Below are positions 49,579 through 64,000 of a stretch of DNA of 64,000 nt, piece after piece. The number at the start of each line of letters is the position of its first letter. Positions within the stretch are counted from its first letter, which is position 1. The notes below the pieces were generated by a model. The model was not told the DNA's origin. It did no database searches and was given only the letters and a program-made list of their open reading frames with translations. Location: NCBI GenBank assembly GCA_037379345.1, contig CM074515.1, positions 42,785,743 to 42,849,742 on the forward strand, in the 5' to 3' direction. The position numbers and the translations under genes are program-made. This DNA comes from Perna viridis. Its lineage: Eukaryota.

Positions 49579-49789
49579 GGAGGTAGACCCAGGGTAAGGG
49601 ACACAACTCTTACAAATCATTGGAACGTTTGTATTCAGCATTTTACATCAATGTCATGTAAGCATCAAAGCAACTTAGATTAATCTCATTCTGTGTCAAA
49701 TGAAAGCTTGATAGCCTTTGGTGAAATTGAATATGATCAAACATATCACTGACTTCATGAGTTATGTCCCTTACCCTAGGTCTACCTCA
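49579..49789 (+). mobile_element. MITE family A copy 5
   Basis: ttaa-GGAGGTAGACCCAGGG...CCCTAGGTCTACCTCA-ttaa. Confidence 0.9.
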
Positions 49790-50359
49790 TTAATTTCAAG
49801 CACAAACAATGCAGAGTAAACATAAACTGCTTTTCCAAATCTGCAATAACTGAAAGCATCATACATAATTTTTTATACATACAATACCAGAACTTCCTTT
49901 CTGACACAATTTTTGGTTGATTAACAGCAGCATTTAAATTCCAAGCAGTGTACATGTTATGCATACATGTAAAAGTACTTTCCAAGACACCATATCTGAA
50001 TGTTCAGTATCAAAATAAACCAAATGACTATCTTGGTATCCTTAAGTCCACTTACACCATGATAAAGAACTGTCTTAAGTCAGACCAAGGACTATAACTG
50101 CCGATCAAACATACAGTCATAAATGTCACAAAAATCAATACTATACAGACTAGGTCACATGACCATACTTTCAGACCAGGATTCTGATCTCATAGAAAGC
50201 AAGCAGTTTAGAAGTGGGCTCATGATTATTCAGTGTAGACCAAAGGAATTATAGTTTACTCCTACATTGTAAGTTCAACTTCATTATGTATATAAGTCAT
50301 AAGAATTCTTATAGATTGTAACAAGTTTAAAATCCTCAGCAAGTCATTGCAAGACAGAG

Positions 50360-50490
50360 AAGAAGATCATAGAAACAGTTGGAGGATGAAGATGACAAGT
50401 CTCACATCATCGAAACGGAGGAAGAAGATGACAAGTCTTACATCATCGAAACAGATGGAGGAAGAAGATGACAAGTCTCACATTATAGAA
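50360..50490. repeat. Tandem repeat about 3 x 36-40 bp (GGAGGAAGAAGATGACAAGTCTCACATCATCGAAAC)
   Basis: Direct reading. Confidence 0.85.
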
Positions 50491-53400
50491 GTAGTCCAGG
50501 TATTATAAAATCTACTAGAAATGTTTCAACATCTTTTCAAGATAGAAGTGTCAAGACAGAATAAATGACACTTCTTAATAAAAAATATTATTTTGAAAGG
50601 AAAAGAAAGCTGATTGGTTTCATCGATCATGAAGAACCATAAACCTTAGCTTTACGTCTAAGTCTTTTGTTACAGTACTACAGCTTCTAAACATAACTAA
50701 AACTCTTCTTGAAACTACATCTACATCATGTAATCTAAACACAATACTTTTTTTTTGTTATGAAATTATTGAGAACAAAGATACTGACAATTCAATAATC
50801 TAATCAAAAGATTTTTGTGGGGAAAAATTTAAAATTTACAATCAGTGTACTTAAAAGCAAGATAAAGAGAAATAAACACCCATTCAAACTAAAGTAAACA
50901 ATGGAAAATTACAATTTGACGTTTATAACAATTCACGACAAAGGTGCAGATCAAATACTAAAACCCTCTTAGAATATTACACAATTGAGGGATGCAGTAG
51001 TTTATCTTAAGGTGCACAGCTCTGACACTCTATCACTCTTCAGTAAACACTAGAATAGATTAATGTCCCCTTGTTTATATTTAATTAATGATAAAATAAT
51101 CTCTTTCTTTATTTCAATATTTACATTCTTGACAAAATAAATACAAAGATAGTGTACAAACAGAGACTGTTTATAATATTTTTACTTCCTTATTAATCAG
51201 GGATGTGTTTTTTTTTCTTGGTAAAATGCTAGACCACTTGATCATATCAAGGTTCCAAACAAGGGTGTGGTGCGGGGGAGTCTTGCTTTAATGGAAGGGG
51301 TCCCTTCACAGCTGCAACAAAATTTTTGAAAAAAATGGAGGGTTTTCATAGAAACTGGCAGATTCAAAACTCTTTTAATTATAAAATTTTGACATGTATA
51401 TAACATGTATAGAACAATTGGGAAAACACACTCTCTTAATTTTTTTTTTATGGAAAGTGGTGTGTGAATCCACCAAACACATCCCATGTTTTGAAAGTCA
51501 TGCACACACAGAATCATTTAATCTGAACCAAACATTGGTCCACAGATATTTTTTTTTTAATTCAAATAATGATGTGTATATACATCAAACTTTTCATGAA
51601 ATAACCACATCATAATAGAATAAAATGAGAAACAACACTAACACTCACAGTATTTCAAAAGAAACTCATGAGTGAAATTTCAGGCCCCTCCAAACTATAT
51701 GGTATTACGGTCATACCTCTAATTGGGGGTATTGTATGCAATTCAATCCATTTGTATTTTGACCACATAGATAAATGATTTTAAGACCCATGAAATTAGA
51801 GGTGTCTGATTTGGATCCGATGATCAGCGAGTTGATAAATAGGGCCAAGTACATGTACCTAGATGTTTTCTTTTTTAGTCCAAATTTACCATAACCAACA
51901 CAGGTTGGAATGAACTAGTATTATACGATGTATTATATTATTCATATGCACTGACTGACAATGACATCAGCCATCCAACGATTCTAAACCCACCTTTCAA
52001 AATATAACCTCCCTGATCATGTAAGCAAGTAATTTAAAAAGTTGGAAATTTTGCCCTCTTGTGACTGCATCTACATAAGATAAAGTCACCAGGTACACTT
52101 AAATGGTAAATTTAATTTAACGACACAATCAAAAGCATGCATAACAAATGGGACTTTTCTTACGTTTAATTAGGTAAGATTTGTACCATCTACATGCTAA
52201 AGGAATTCTAAATCATGGACTAGATTTACCTGATATTGAACAGAGGCCAAGCAATCATTATACAACCACTGACTTAAGGGGATAACTTCAAACTTATACT
52301 TTGCCTTCAACAATATTTTCTTCCAGTATATATTTTAAGTCTAAAACTCATCAAGAAATTATGTGTGTACTAAGATAACAATGTAAGAAATGGTTAATTA
52401 ACATTAAATTTGATTACGTGAGACAGAAAGTTCCAGACACCTATTGTTAGAGGTGGAATACCTACTAATTCAGTTTGTTTGGCCTCAGAGCAGGTGTGGA
52501 AGTCTTTAATGTGAAGTACCATATGTATCAAGTAAAATGTTTTTAAACATTTTATGAGGAAAATATTCTATTTTGGTAAACAAATAACTTCTTTAAAAAA
52601 CGGAACTTCAACAAAAAAGGTGTTCACTATTCAAAAAAGAAAATTGAACAATGAAAAAAAAATCAAATTTTGTATTCTACACTAATGAGTATGGCTGAGT
52701 TGATTTTTGACCTCCAACGATGAAAAAAATTGTCACCATTATAATTACACCTAAATATACTTCTAGAAATATTTATTGTGATCAATCTCAATAGATCTCA
52801 ACAAAGGACTTAAACCGTATATAGTCAACAAAAGGCATATCTTGTATACATAATAAGTGTAATTATATGTTTCGGACAACCAACCTTGTGGCCCACTGGT
52901 CAATTTTACCTGGGTATTGAATGTGAACCTCTAATTATAAGAAGTTGGAATGCACAAAACAGTTAATATCTTGCTCACTGTAATTATATATGGCCATAAA
53001 AGGCACAGGTTCACTCAACATGTTAAGGGGAATATAAAATGTGTTTAAAGCTTCCAGGGTTTTTTTTATCGGAAATTTCTGTACCAAGTTAGGACCATTG
53101 AGGTTGTTTCCTGTTTTCGCCTTGATGTTGCCATTTATCATATGGCCTTTCCTTCTTGCATTCGTCCTTATGACTTTTGCCTAAAGTCTGCCTATCCATT
53201 GGGTAATTTTGTTATTTTATTCACATCGAATAGCCAATGAAGGTATATAAAGAAACATCCAAACTTTAGTACAGAAGGAGTGAACCTCATTTTAAGTAAG
53301 AAGAATGGAGTCATAGGCACAATAAATAACACCAAATATGACGCCAGTCTTCAGAATTGGAAGAAAAGTCATGTACGTAACAGCTTTGAAATGTCAACAA

Positions 53401-54127
53401 CGGAGAAGATTCCGCCAGAGAAATACCACTGAAACTGTATCAGAGCTTCATTGTTTGTATAAACTCTGCGCCAAATAAACAAGTCTTCCAGCAGCTGGTA
53501 TACAAATTGACCCCGATTTTTTTTCTTTCGACCTTCTACGTTTCTAACATTATACACTTGAATTAGATAAAGATTTGTTTAAGATTGAGAGAAGAATTTG
53601 GTACAAGATTCATGAATAGGATTCTGTTTCCTGAAAAGACCAGTAATTAGGCTATAAAATACTACAGCAATGTGAGAATCTGTAAGCTTCATTCCATAAG
53701 TGTTTTGCCTGTCAGCAGGGTTGGAGTGTGGTATAGAAATCCAAACACATAGTGCTTAAACATTTATATAAATTATTAGGGACAGGAAATATCCTTAAAT
53801 GACATTCAGTTATACCCAGATACAAAAATTGAAATGTGCAACTCCCTCAACATGGCAAAATAGCTTTGATACAAACTTCGTGCAAAGGTGAAAAATGCAA
53901 ACTAATAGACTGAAAACCAATGTCTAAAACACCAGTCGGACAATCAAAACAGCTTGAGACATAAATGCTGGATCCAGAAATTTACAAAACAGGATCCGTA
54001 ATCCTGGGCTGTAATTTTTTTCCTAAAAAAAAATGACCAAAAAAAAATGAACTTGTGTTGGTGGTGTAATGCTTTAATAGTTAAAAAGTTGCTTGATTTT
54101 CTCTCAAACATGATTTAACGAGGTCTA

Positions 54128-54232
54128 CAAAAAAAAGCAGAAATTGGCAAATCAAAAGTAAATATACAGTAAAAAAAGAATAGTAAAGGTTAAATCTGGA
54201 TTTGAAAAAAAGCAGAAAAAAATCATGTCTGA
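54128..54232 (+). repeat. Interspersed repeat family H fragment
   Basis: Similar to 27813-27915. Confidence 0.6.
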
Positions 54233-57200
54233 TCTATCGAACCATAATGCTTTCAGTACACTTTTAAATGTTTTAACCAACAAAATATATCATCTTAAAA
54301 AAATACTGAATTTCAAAATGGGAGCAGGTTCATTTTTTGATCCACGGTGAACTATCTACGGACACTCTTAAGAAAACCACTGACATACTCATAACCAATC
54401 TTTAAAGATTTCGGTCTTTAACAAGAAAACCATAACAGAAACATTATAGGTAAATTTAGAAAAGAACAAGTACATCTGAACTCAACAATAAATGTCATCC
54501 ATGATTGTGACTAAACTGATGGCACTTCTTCCACCAGCATTGTCAAGAAAGTCATAACATGCAATTAGCCTCAGTAATATTCTTGTTTATGTGGTTAAAA
54601 TCTTAATATGGACATTCTACATTACAGGGACAAGATGATTGACAAGGAAAAGATAACAACAAGACAAGATTCATTAATCTAACTATTTTAACAATGAATT
54701 CTTTCAAAATTTTCTTCAAAAACCAGTATTGAACAGTATGTTCTATAACAGTTTTGATGGAAAAGAAAAACCCTATGCAGAGGTTCAAATTTTCTTATCA
54801 AGAGCAAAAAGTCCTGGACTTTTGTTTTAAATCTTAAATGAAAAGTCCCCCAAGAGAAAGTGAAAGGTCCTAGATAAGGGTAAAAATCAAGCATGTTGGG
54901 TCCAGGTAAATGAAATTTTAATGGTCCTGCATCAGAAATTAAAGGTCTCACACCTTGGATCAGTGATAATTTGAACCCCTTCTACCTAATCAAATTTTAA
55001 TAGATATCAGTTTCATCCTTTTCCTCCCATTGATGTAAAACATCTAATTTCCTTTTCTTCTTTGATATATTTATCCACATCACATGTTCTTATGAAACAT
55101 GTTAAATAATTTCCATTACAGGAATATTAATTACAGACCCACCAAACCTTGGACAAAATTTCCAGTATACCAAATTGAAAAAGAGACTTTATAGTAAATA
55201 CCTATATATATATAGAACTAACTTTGCCATTTTTTTCAAATCTACAGCTATCATCCAAAGCAATAAAAAAAAACATGTTTAAAAACCACAACAATGAATC
55301 ACAAAACATCTAGCTATCACTCTTTTGTTTCACTCTGCAAACATATGACCTTAATTTGATAAAGATTCCTCTTTCAACACTTCAAAAACCTCATAATGTT
55401 GTAATGTGCATGAAAACATGTAACAAATTCATGATAATCAGTTATCTCATTCTCAAGAAACAAAATAGATTGGCAGTAACCAGAGGTGTTACACAAAACA
55501 TACACAAAACACACAAATTGTGTAGATACTTACATTAAACCTTGATTATTGTTAAGAATGTATTCCTCGACAGTAAATAAAAGGGTATACACTAACACAA
55601 TAATCCAAATTCACTAAAGTTTTGAGTTGAAAGCATCTAGATTCCATTGTTTAGCAATTTCCACTCAAGTTTTTATCACAAATTGTTTCTATTTTTAGCT
55701 CATGGCTTTCCTCGTAAAAATCATAACCCTTTACCACAAGAAAAACACTAAAAGAGAAACAATCAAAGACAACATGTAAAAACAGATGAATTAAATTCCA
55801 CAAAACAACACAAAAAACTTCGCACATGCCTCCATGTAATTTTGTACTATACACACAATAATATTTGAATTACCAGTAACCATAGCTATCAGGTTACTTC
55901 GGCAGGATTTCTGTGTTTCTCCTGTCAAAATATAAATTTCTCCACATGCAACCAAATCTGATACCTCATCAGAGAGTAAGAATGTTGATAAAGAAACACT
56001 TTTCTGATTACAATCAACTTTTGAAGTGCTCTAGGCTTGATTATGTTTTAACATTAGCGTTGCGTAATGAATCCATAGAAATTAGAGTTTCATTTGAAAT
56101 TAATTCAAGATAAATTGTTGATTATTCGGTTTTAATTTCTAGGCGATGCTTTTAACAGTTTCTTTATTGGTAGGTAAACCTTGTTTTTGCCTATCCTAAT
56201 ATCAATTTGCAGTTTTGCTATGTACAAAATTAACTTAAGAAATCCAGCGTAATTTTTTTCTCTACAATTCTTTCTATTCAACCCCAAAAATTCATAAATA
56301 TTACAAATAGCACATTTCTAAAAATAGCATAATCTATCTTTACATTAAATTTTGAACGTTGAAATAGCCATTTAATACAAGTCAATTCTTTTTTCATATG
56401 AAAGGAAAAAGGTTCAATAATTCTTTCCAGAGCTTTAAGAGAAAAAATCAAATCAAATCAAACTGGGTATTAAGCTATAACAAATTCAACCAATGAATTA
56501 ATGGAAGTTAGTACACTACCTCATTATAGGAAGGGATTTGGTACACCAACTAAGGTTCAATGTGAAAGCTAAAGAAAACTGACAGACATGTTTTATCTCA
56601 TGTCAATATTAAGAAATTAGTAGCAAACTGCACTGAAACACCATCTCTAATTATTTTCACACCTCCTGAGTTTACAAGGAACTGTCAATCAGATAAAAAA
56701 GGGAGATAATTCTACATACATGATTTGTTTCCTGCTTAAACATTAAATATCACATTAATGAATAGAATTTTGTTTAGCATAATTTTTCAATCAACTGGTC
56801 AGAAGCCAATACAGCAGAACAAAATTCCAAAAGAAAATTCAAGATTTTTCTAATTTTAAAAGAAAATAAAGCTGAACTAGATATTTGGTCTCTAAAACAG
56901 ACTTAGCTTAATAAAAAAAACCTCATCAATCAAGAATTAAAACAAAACAACAATCAAGTCCCAAGATTTCCAACTGATGCTGGTATTTGTTGGTATTTGG
57001 TATTTACCAGAAGAACTCATTCACCCAACAGTCTGCTCAAGTCATTATATCATTTTTCATGAAGATGAAGATTACGCTGTTTTCCTGCTGACAACTTTCA
57101 ATGATTTCTGAGCATATTTTGGAATGGTTTTCAAATTCAGCAGCTAACATTTCATGGAGGATAAATTATTACACCCTCACCTGACTGTAATTTGTTAAAG

Positions 57201-60102
57201 AATCATTTTTCAAAGTTGCCAAAGAGGAAAATTCTCCGCCATTCTGCCTCTGGTGTAGGATCTAAATGATCGATAGCGACAAACAAAACAGTTCTTCTTT
57301 CCAATATAATATACAAGAAATTTGTTGCAATCATTTACAGAAAGTTCTATCCAATTTAGCTAAAAAAAAAACCATGAATGTTCATTTTTTTACATAAGAT
57401 CTGAACTCCTAATCTGAAAAGAATAATTCCTGTAAAAAATGTACAGATGAACTTTTTTAAGACAGTAGACTTTTTTAATGGATTAACATAAGACTCAAAT
57501 CACATGCAATATCAAAAGTTAGAAGTATATCTCAAGAATCTTCTGAAGGACCAGACACTCTGTGAACATGCCAGGAATGGTTCTATATAAGTTAAGACTT
57601 CTTCTGCCTTTAAACATTTCTGTTGATGAACAACCATTATGTACTACCAATAATGAAAAAAAACAACTTTCCCACAAATATGAATGACTTCTTATGACTT
57701 CTTCTTCGGTCCACAGAAAGAAAACTTTTAATACTATTATCAAATACTAAAGCACTTTCTAAAGGAACAAAGTTATTCAATTAAAAGATGTAAATTATCA
57801 TAACACATCACGTTTCCAAAATTTAATAGGTTCATATTTTATACATCTGGAACTAGATTATTAATATTATCTAAAGAAGGTGTACAAGCTAAAAATTATA
57901 TTATATAAAGATTGACAATTTAGAATTTTGAATGGCCTTTATATTGGTTTAAAGTTGAGAACAATGTCAAAAGAGGGTTTCACTCAGTGCAAAAGAAAAT
58001 AGCTTTCGGTACTACACAATGGATTTAGTGTCATTTGCCAAACTATTTATTCTTGTGTCGCCATATTCATCATTTGAAAATTACATTAAATTATATGTTA
58101 AATATACCTTTACACAGTCGGGTGTGCGATCATCATGTTTTCAGTGACAACTTCAATAACCGATTCTCACATCAAACCTGTATACATTTTAAACAACTGG
58201 ACCCATTCCGACATGGCATTAACACTCTGAACAATAACGCTTGTGAAAAAATTCAATACTCTTTTTTTCTGACTCAATACATTTTTTCTCTTGATAATAT
58301 TGGAAGGTAGTGCAAGGAAGACAAAAAAAATCTTTGTAAATTTAAAATATTTAAAAAACTGAATGTCAACACTTGAAGCCTTAAATCGATTCAACAAAAC
58401 TGTCTCATTCAACAATGGGGTCCAAAATGTTACCAAACATTCAATTTTAGTCTTTGCCGTAACCATAACAACCTACTCATATATTCAAATAAAGGAGTTA
58501 GCCATTGTTATAAAAGCTGTTGGCATTTTGTAAAGAATATTTACTCTACTTTAAGCGACAGAGAACAGTTTTAAGACCATTTTATACTATACTTGGAGTC
58601 TGCAATATTTACAACAAAGAGAGCTGGTGACTTTTCAAAGGTATAAAAAGGAGGATTATGATATGACTATGTAAATTTGAATGAAAGTGACATTTCAGCA
58701 AAAGTCTTTCCCACAGAATAAAAAAACATGTAGAATTTTGCTCCAATTTCAAGTAAAAACTTCAGTCCTTAAATAAGATCTTGTCCAATCTTGTCAATTC
58801 TGTATCTATTTTTTTCATTTTCAATTTTGGAGGCAATAAATTGCTTCCAGATACCAAGTAATCTCAGCTTTAGTGTCTCATGTTTTGTCCATTGCAATGC
58901 AAAAAAAAAACAACAATTAAATGATCTGTATAGTTGCTTCTTGATTGCAAACCAATATAGCTTGTTTTTTGAGTTTTTGAATGGCATAATACCTTTCATA
59001 ATTACTATCTACAGGAGGTCTACATACACTGTTTCCGTTTAGACTCAAAATGTTTTTTATGCATACTAACACACAAAGCTTTCTACGTCAAAAACTGGTA
59101 AATAACTGAGGCACATTTAAACGTCCATGATAGTTAAATCCACAGACGAAATTTTATGAGATTATTGCCATATAATATGAAAATGTATCGGTATAGAGGA
59201 ATACCAAAAATGAAACAACTACACAAAAAATGGAAGGATTAAAGACAAGATCGAGCAAAATCAGAGATGAAAAGAAAAACAAACATTTTCATCTAAAATA
59301 AAGTTGCCCCACTGGATTAAAAACAGTTTTAGACTACTGGAATACCAGAATTCTCCACTTTCATCACTTGCCAACATATCAATAATAACTGCTACAAATG
59401 TTATATACAGCTAATGAAATGAAACAAATACACACACGTTTAAAAATAAATGTCAGAAAAGCAACAAAAATCTAAATCTAGACCAGGTGCACTAGTATGG
59501 CAACAAAACTGTAACACATTAAATTCAAAATATCATCAAATCTTACACTTACAGCATAGCGTTACAATATGAAAATTTTCCTTGCAAAAACAAATAAAAC
59601 ATGCCTTACCACAAAATCATTTTAAAGCCTCAAGTTTCACAACAACAGAGGACTCTAAAAATCTAACTTGAACAGGTATTAAATTGACTTTTGTGATCAT
59701 GTGTAGATAGATGTTGACACAGAAGTGTGAATTAAGTAATTGGTAAACATTTGACAAAGTCGTTAGTCTCTCCTAATCCACAACTCCTCTTGTACTAAGT
59801 CAATATTGGCTGGTTAGAGCTGTTTTCATGGAGGTTGAGGTCGTATCCTGGTATTTATACAGAAAAGAACTGAAATTCAGGCAAGAGTTGAGCAGTATTT
59901 GTAAGCCAATGTCTACCAACCATACAAGCTTTCCACGAAGCTTATATTGCTTAAAGACAATTTCATAAGAAAACTGAATATTACAGAGTTCAGATTAAGT
60001 ATGACTGTGGTAAACAGATAGCAGGTAAGGGATGAAGCAACCTGCACATATAATATATCAGGGCAAGAAGGTAATGAGACATTGATACAATACTAGCTAT
60101 TT

Positions 60103-60320
60103 CTAGAAAAGCAGAGGACACTTACTCTACCGGTGCACCCGGTCCATGTTCCCAGTTTTTAGTGGAGTCCAAGTTGCTCATTTACTGTTGTTACTTTGTA
60201 TGTTCTGTTTTTGTTACTTTATGTTCTTTGTTGTGTATGTCTGTTTTCTATGTCTGGTATTTGTCCCTGGATTACATTCTTTTGATTTCTGCTAGAATCC
60301 TAGTTCCCTTGATTACTCTT
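60103..60320 (+). repeat. Interspersed repeat family F (SINE/retro-derived, class uncertain)
   Basis: 3' part is the reverse complement of 4119-4287. Confidence 0.85.
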
Positions 60321-60461
60321 AGTTATAGACCAATGGACATAATTTGTGTACCTAATGAAGGACAGATATGAGCTTAAAAAAAATGAAGGATTTTTTTTTG
60401 ACATGTTGTTTATCAATCCTCTGTACTAGTCACTGTGTTTTAGACATAATTCCTATCAATT

Positions 60462-61126
60462 TACAGTACAACCTGCTTAAACAGGACCCAAAATAAACTA
60501 AAAACAGCCTAATTCATCACTTCTTAGAATTCAAAGCAGTTTGAATGTATTCTAAATCTGCCTAAACCAAAGAATTTCATATTCCACAATACTGGTTTAG
60601 ACAGGATCAAATATATAGTCCTTGAACAATCCGAAAAATGATTTGACGGAAAAATGACCGCTAACTGATCGATAACCGATGACTGATCTGATCGCAGTTT
60701 TATTATGTAAAATGACGTATGATCTGTTAAAAATAAAACAAATGTGAAATGTTAAAATCTATTGCATTATGTAAATATATGTAAAATTGTCAAAGAAAAG
60801 CAAGGAAACTGTAAAATATATTGACCACTCTACGGTCACGTGATGCGATCAACGGTTTAATGGATCGGTCTGACAGATTGATGACTGATCAGAAACTGAT
60901 CGGTGACAGATTTTTGTTGCATGGATCGACTTAAGTACTGTATATACTACAGTGAAACCTTTCAAAACCAATCCCTTTATGACAGGGAGATTTGTTCTAG
61001 TGAGGCAGGTGTTCAGTTTACAAAGGTATTGAACATATTGAATCTGATATGAAGGAACTCTAATAGATGTCTGGTTTACAGTAATTTCTGGTTTATTCAG
61101 GGTTGGTTCAGACAGATGTCACTATA
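60462..61126. mobile_element. Cluster of three abutting TA-flanked MITEs (about 60462-60615 family G; 60613-60942 GATC/CpG-rich; 60948-61126 family G)
   Basis: tacagtacaacctgcttaaac...ggtttagacagg; tatagtccttgaacaatcc / ggatcgacttaagtactgta; tacagtgaaacct...gacagatgtcactata. Confidence 0.6.
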
Positions 61127-61660
61127 TTTTGTAGTACCATCTAGGCACATAAAGAGGCTATGAATAAATACTTTCACTCTCAACAATAATCCACTCCTAT
61201 CCTTTGAAACCTCTTGTTACCTTAACAAAAAGATAATGTATAAATTCTGCTGATAATGTAATTACTTTCTCATGATAAACAATTTATTTATATGCTTGAC
61301 CTAAAACTCGAAAGGTGCAAGTTTTTGTGTTCTCACATACCATTCAAAATCTAATTAAAAGTTGGTAAATAACAAGGGAGGTAACTGTATAAATGTCAGA
61401 AATCAAAACAATTAAGGGCTTAACATTCAACTTAAATTAGAAAATTCCTGATGAAACAAAATGATTGTAGAAGAAAGAAAGAAAGAAAAGCTGTTGATAA
61501 ATGATATTGATTCTACACTTTGCTTGAACAGGCAATGAATTTTTGATCATCTTCAAAAATTTCCAAAACTTTTCAGCCAGTTTCTCAAGAGGGAAGTTAC
61601 TTTTGAATGATACAAATAAAACATGAATGAACATCATTAAACCATTTCAAATGGGGTGAA

Positions 61661-61820
61661 CAGTAAAATCTACCTAAACTGAATCCTAAATAAATTGAAA
61701 ACCTGTCTAAACCAGACACTTCTATAAGTCCCTACATACAGTTTCAATGTATTATGAACCTTGGTAAACCATTTCCATCCTACGCTGAACAAAAGGATAT
61801 GGTTACGGTGGGTTTCACTG
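61661..61820. mobile_element. MITE family G copy
   Basis: cagtaaaatctacctaaac...acctgtctaaaccaga...ggtgggtttcactg. Confidence 0.55.
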
Positions 61821-64000
61821 TGTTATGAAAGTTGTCCAAAATCTGATCCCGAAGACAATTTTTAGATGAACATGTCCAGTTTTTAAGTCAACACATTAGT
61901 AAAGACCTATGATCACTCTGTAAGAATGTAAATTTTTTACAGAATTATTAAGATAAGTACATGTAATTACTGAAGGACACAGATTATTTAAACTATCATG
62001 CATTGACCAGAAAATAAGAAGAAGACAGTTTCAAAATTTTAAATCCAGGTGTCTCACTACTTAAATCCTTTATGAAAACTCCCCAGGGGATAATATCCCA
62101 GATTATTTTCACAAAGTTGTGGCACAACAAAGACACATTATCTCTTTTTCCTCCTGACCAACTATATTAATAAACTGGCACAATAGGTGCTACTATATCC
62201 TAAAAGAAAATATTTCATAATTGAATAGTGACAAAATCTTACTATAAAGGAATGCAGAGGGATAAATCATATTTGTTACAGATTTTATTCACGACATGTC
62301 GCCACTGGTCATTTTTACAGTATTTATAATAAATGTCCTTTTTAATGCCACAGAAATTTGTTATCCCCAGGCAATCTCATTCTAATGCTATAAGTATATT
62401 AGCGAGGATAAGGTTACAATCCTTTTTAAATTGTTTAAGAAATATATATTACCATATTTTATCTTCATGAACCTGTATTATTTTGTTATTGCAGGTGGGG
62501 ATGTTTTCATTAAAAAGAAATATTTAAAACATTGAAACCTGCAGCCCTTGTCTAAATTTTTTTCAAGGTGGGGCCATTGGCTATGAGTTTGCAGAAGTTT
62601 TAAAATTTACCAAACAGCATCTAGAAATTTTCTTTTTAATTGGAACACAAGCACATTGCTATCCTGTTGTGTATGGGGCAGACTAAGGTGAATTGAATGA
62701 AATAAGACGTCTAAAAAATTTCAGAAGTTTGACTGTATCCTTATTCTAGTTAGGTCCAAATTGACATATTTGTCAAAATCTTAAAAGTATCACTACACAC
62801 AGTGACCAAAAGTTTTAACAACAAAAGGCAAGTTTTGGTGACACACTATTCACATTAAATAGCTACACACATGAATTCACAATGACAGTGCTTTTTGATG
62901 AGACTCGACATCGAAACCCTTCATACAACAGAATAATACCATAATTAATGTTTTGAGATTTCAGCCTAACTGAGAAATACGAAACTCTTTCAAAAGTCAG
63001 GAGAAAATTTCTCATTTTGTCATGTACACAATGAAAAGATATATGGTTTTATTGAGAGTTGAGAATTGTGTCTAACTGGGATAGAAATTGGCATTTTATC
63101 GAAAGCAAAAAAGTCATCAATAAGCACATGACATCCCAAATGTCTTAAGATATCAAATTTTCATATTTTCACAAATAAATAACATTTAAATCTAAATTTA
63201 AAACCCCATGAAGAAGGAAAGATGTATTTTTTGCAAACAATTTATTAAGTTTCACATATATCGTGACAAGATAAGTGCGGGAATTAATGACATGGTGGAT
63301 AGCAATTTCTCCATTTTGACCTTACCATAGACCCTAACACAGAATTAATTTCCTAGATAATACATTAGCATGGCTCATGAAAAAAGAATGCAACAAAATA
63401 TATCTCTTTCTTCTAATTTAAATGGAAGAGTTAGCTCCCTTACATTTATGACCTTTGATAGAGTCCAGTGAAAATTGTGAAGATCTTCAAAGTTTAACAA
63501 ATGGAATTGAAAACTGGACAATTTGTAGGAATATTTCAGCCATTCTTCTATTTTACAGAAGATTTCATAACTCTGTATAAATCAACTAAGTTAGCTGAAC
63601 ACAATACAGCAGAAAAAAAAAAAACTTAAAAAATAAACAGAATTCAAAGAATGTTTCCCAAGCCATGTATGGATGTAATCAATTGGAAAAAAATCAACAA
63701 CCAGCTTTTAATTGACTTAAAATTGTTTTATTTTTCAGAGAAATTGCTTTTAAAACAGAGGTCTTTAAATGCAGCTGTCAGTTTTTTTTATTACCTTGAT
63801 TAATAACTTATACTTTTAAAATTTCCTTAAATTTAATTAATGAAAATATGTAATAGAGCACATGTTTGAACTTCAGAACAACCAAAAACCATGTTTTTGA
63901 GGACTTGTGGTGACCTAACAATTCATGACAAGTTATAATGTCATGTGGCTTATTTATGGACCTACTTCTTCTGCCACAACACTACAATGTTAATGTAAAT

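Noticed and set aside
44000-64000. Numerous 60-99 aa ORFs in the track
   Set aside because: F/L/I/K-rich composition typical of random AT-rich DNA, no domain motifs and no phase-consistent exon chain.

Overview
AT-rich eukaryotic (animal) genomic DNA. The repeat types resemble those of bivalve molluscs, possibly Mytilus; this is an inference. Two convergent, intron-containing genes can be rebuilt by hand with GT-AG junctions and consistent phases. (1) The + strand carries the last five coding exons of a TBCEL orthologue (tubulin-specific chaperone cofactor E-like; LRRs plus C-terminal ubiquitin-like domain), 554-6067, with its start upstream of the window. (2) The - strand carries a complete 13-exon, 988-aa Ihog/CDON/BOC-family Hedgehog co-receptor (signal peptide, 4 Ig, 2 FN3, TM, disordered tail), 43892-14650, with a probable ~3.1 kb 3'UTR and an unlocated 5' non-coding exon. 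The rest is intron/UTR containing non-autonomous DNA transposons (five copies of a TTAA-flanked Kolobok-like MITE, Tc1/mariner-like MITEs, Helentron-type elements), a LINE 3' remnant, foldback palindromes and minisatellites. No prokaryotic features, CRISPR arrays, tRNA or rRNA were found, and I see no wholly new multi-gene system. The most notable observations are: a very basic extracellular Ig4-FN1 linker; NLS-like and LC8-like motifs in the Ihog tail; two upstream AUGs entangled with the ihog start; a cluster of conserved-miRNA seed sites just after the ihog stop; a MITE with a perfect 46-bp inverted duplication of its flank; and a possible intronic polyA site in TBCEL.
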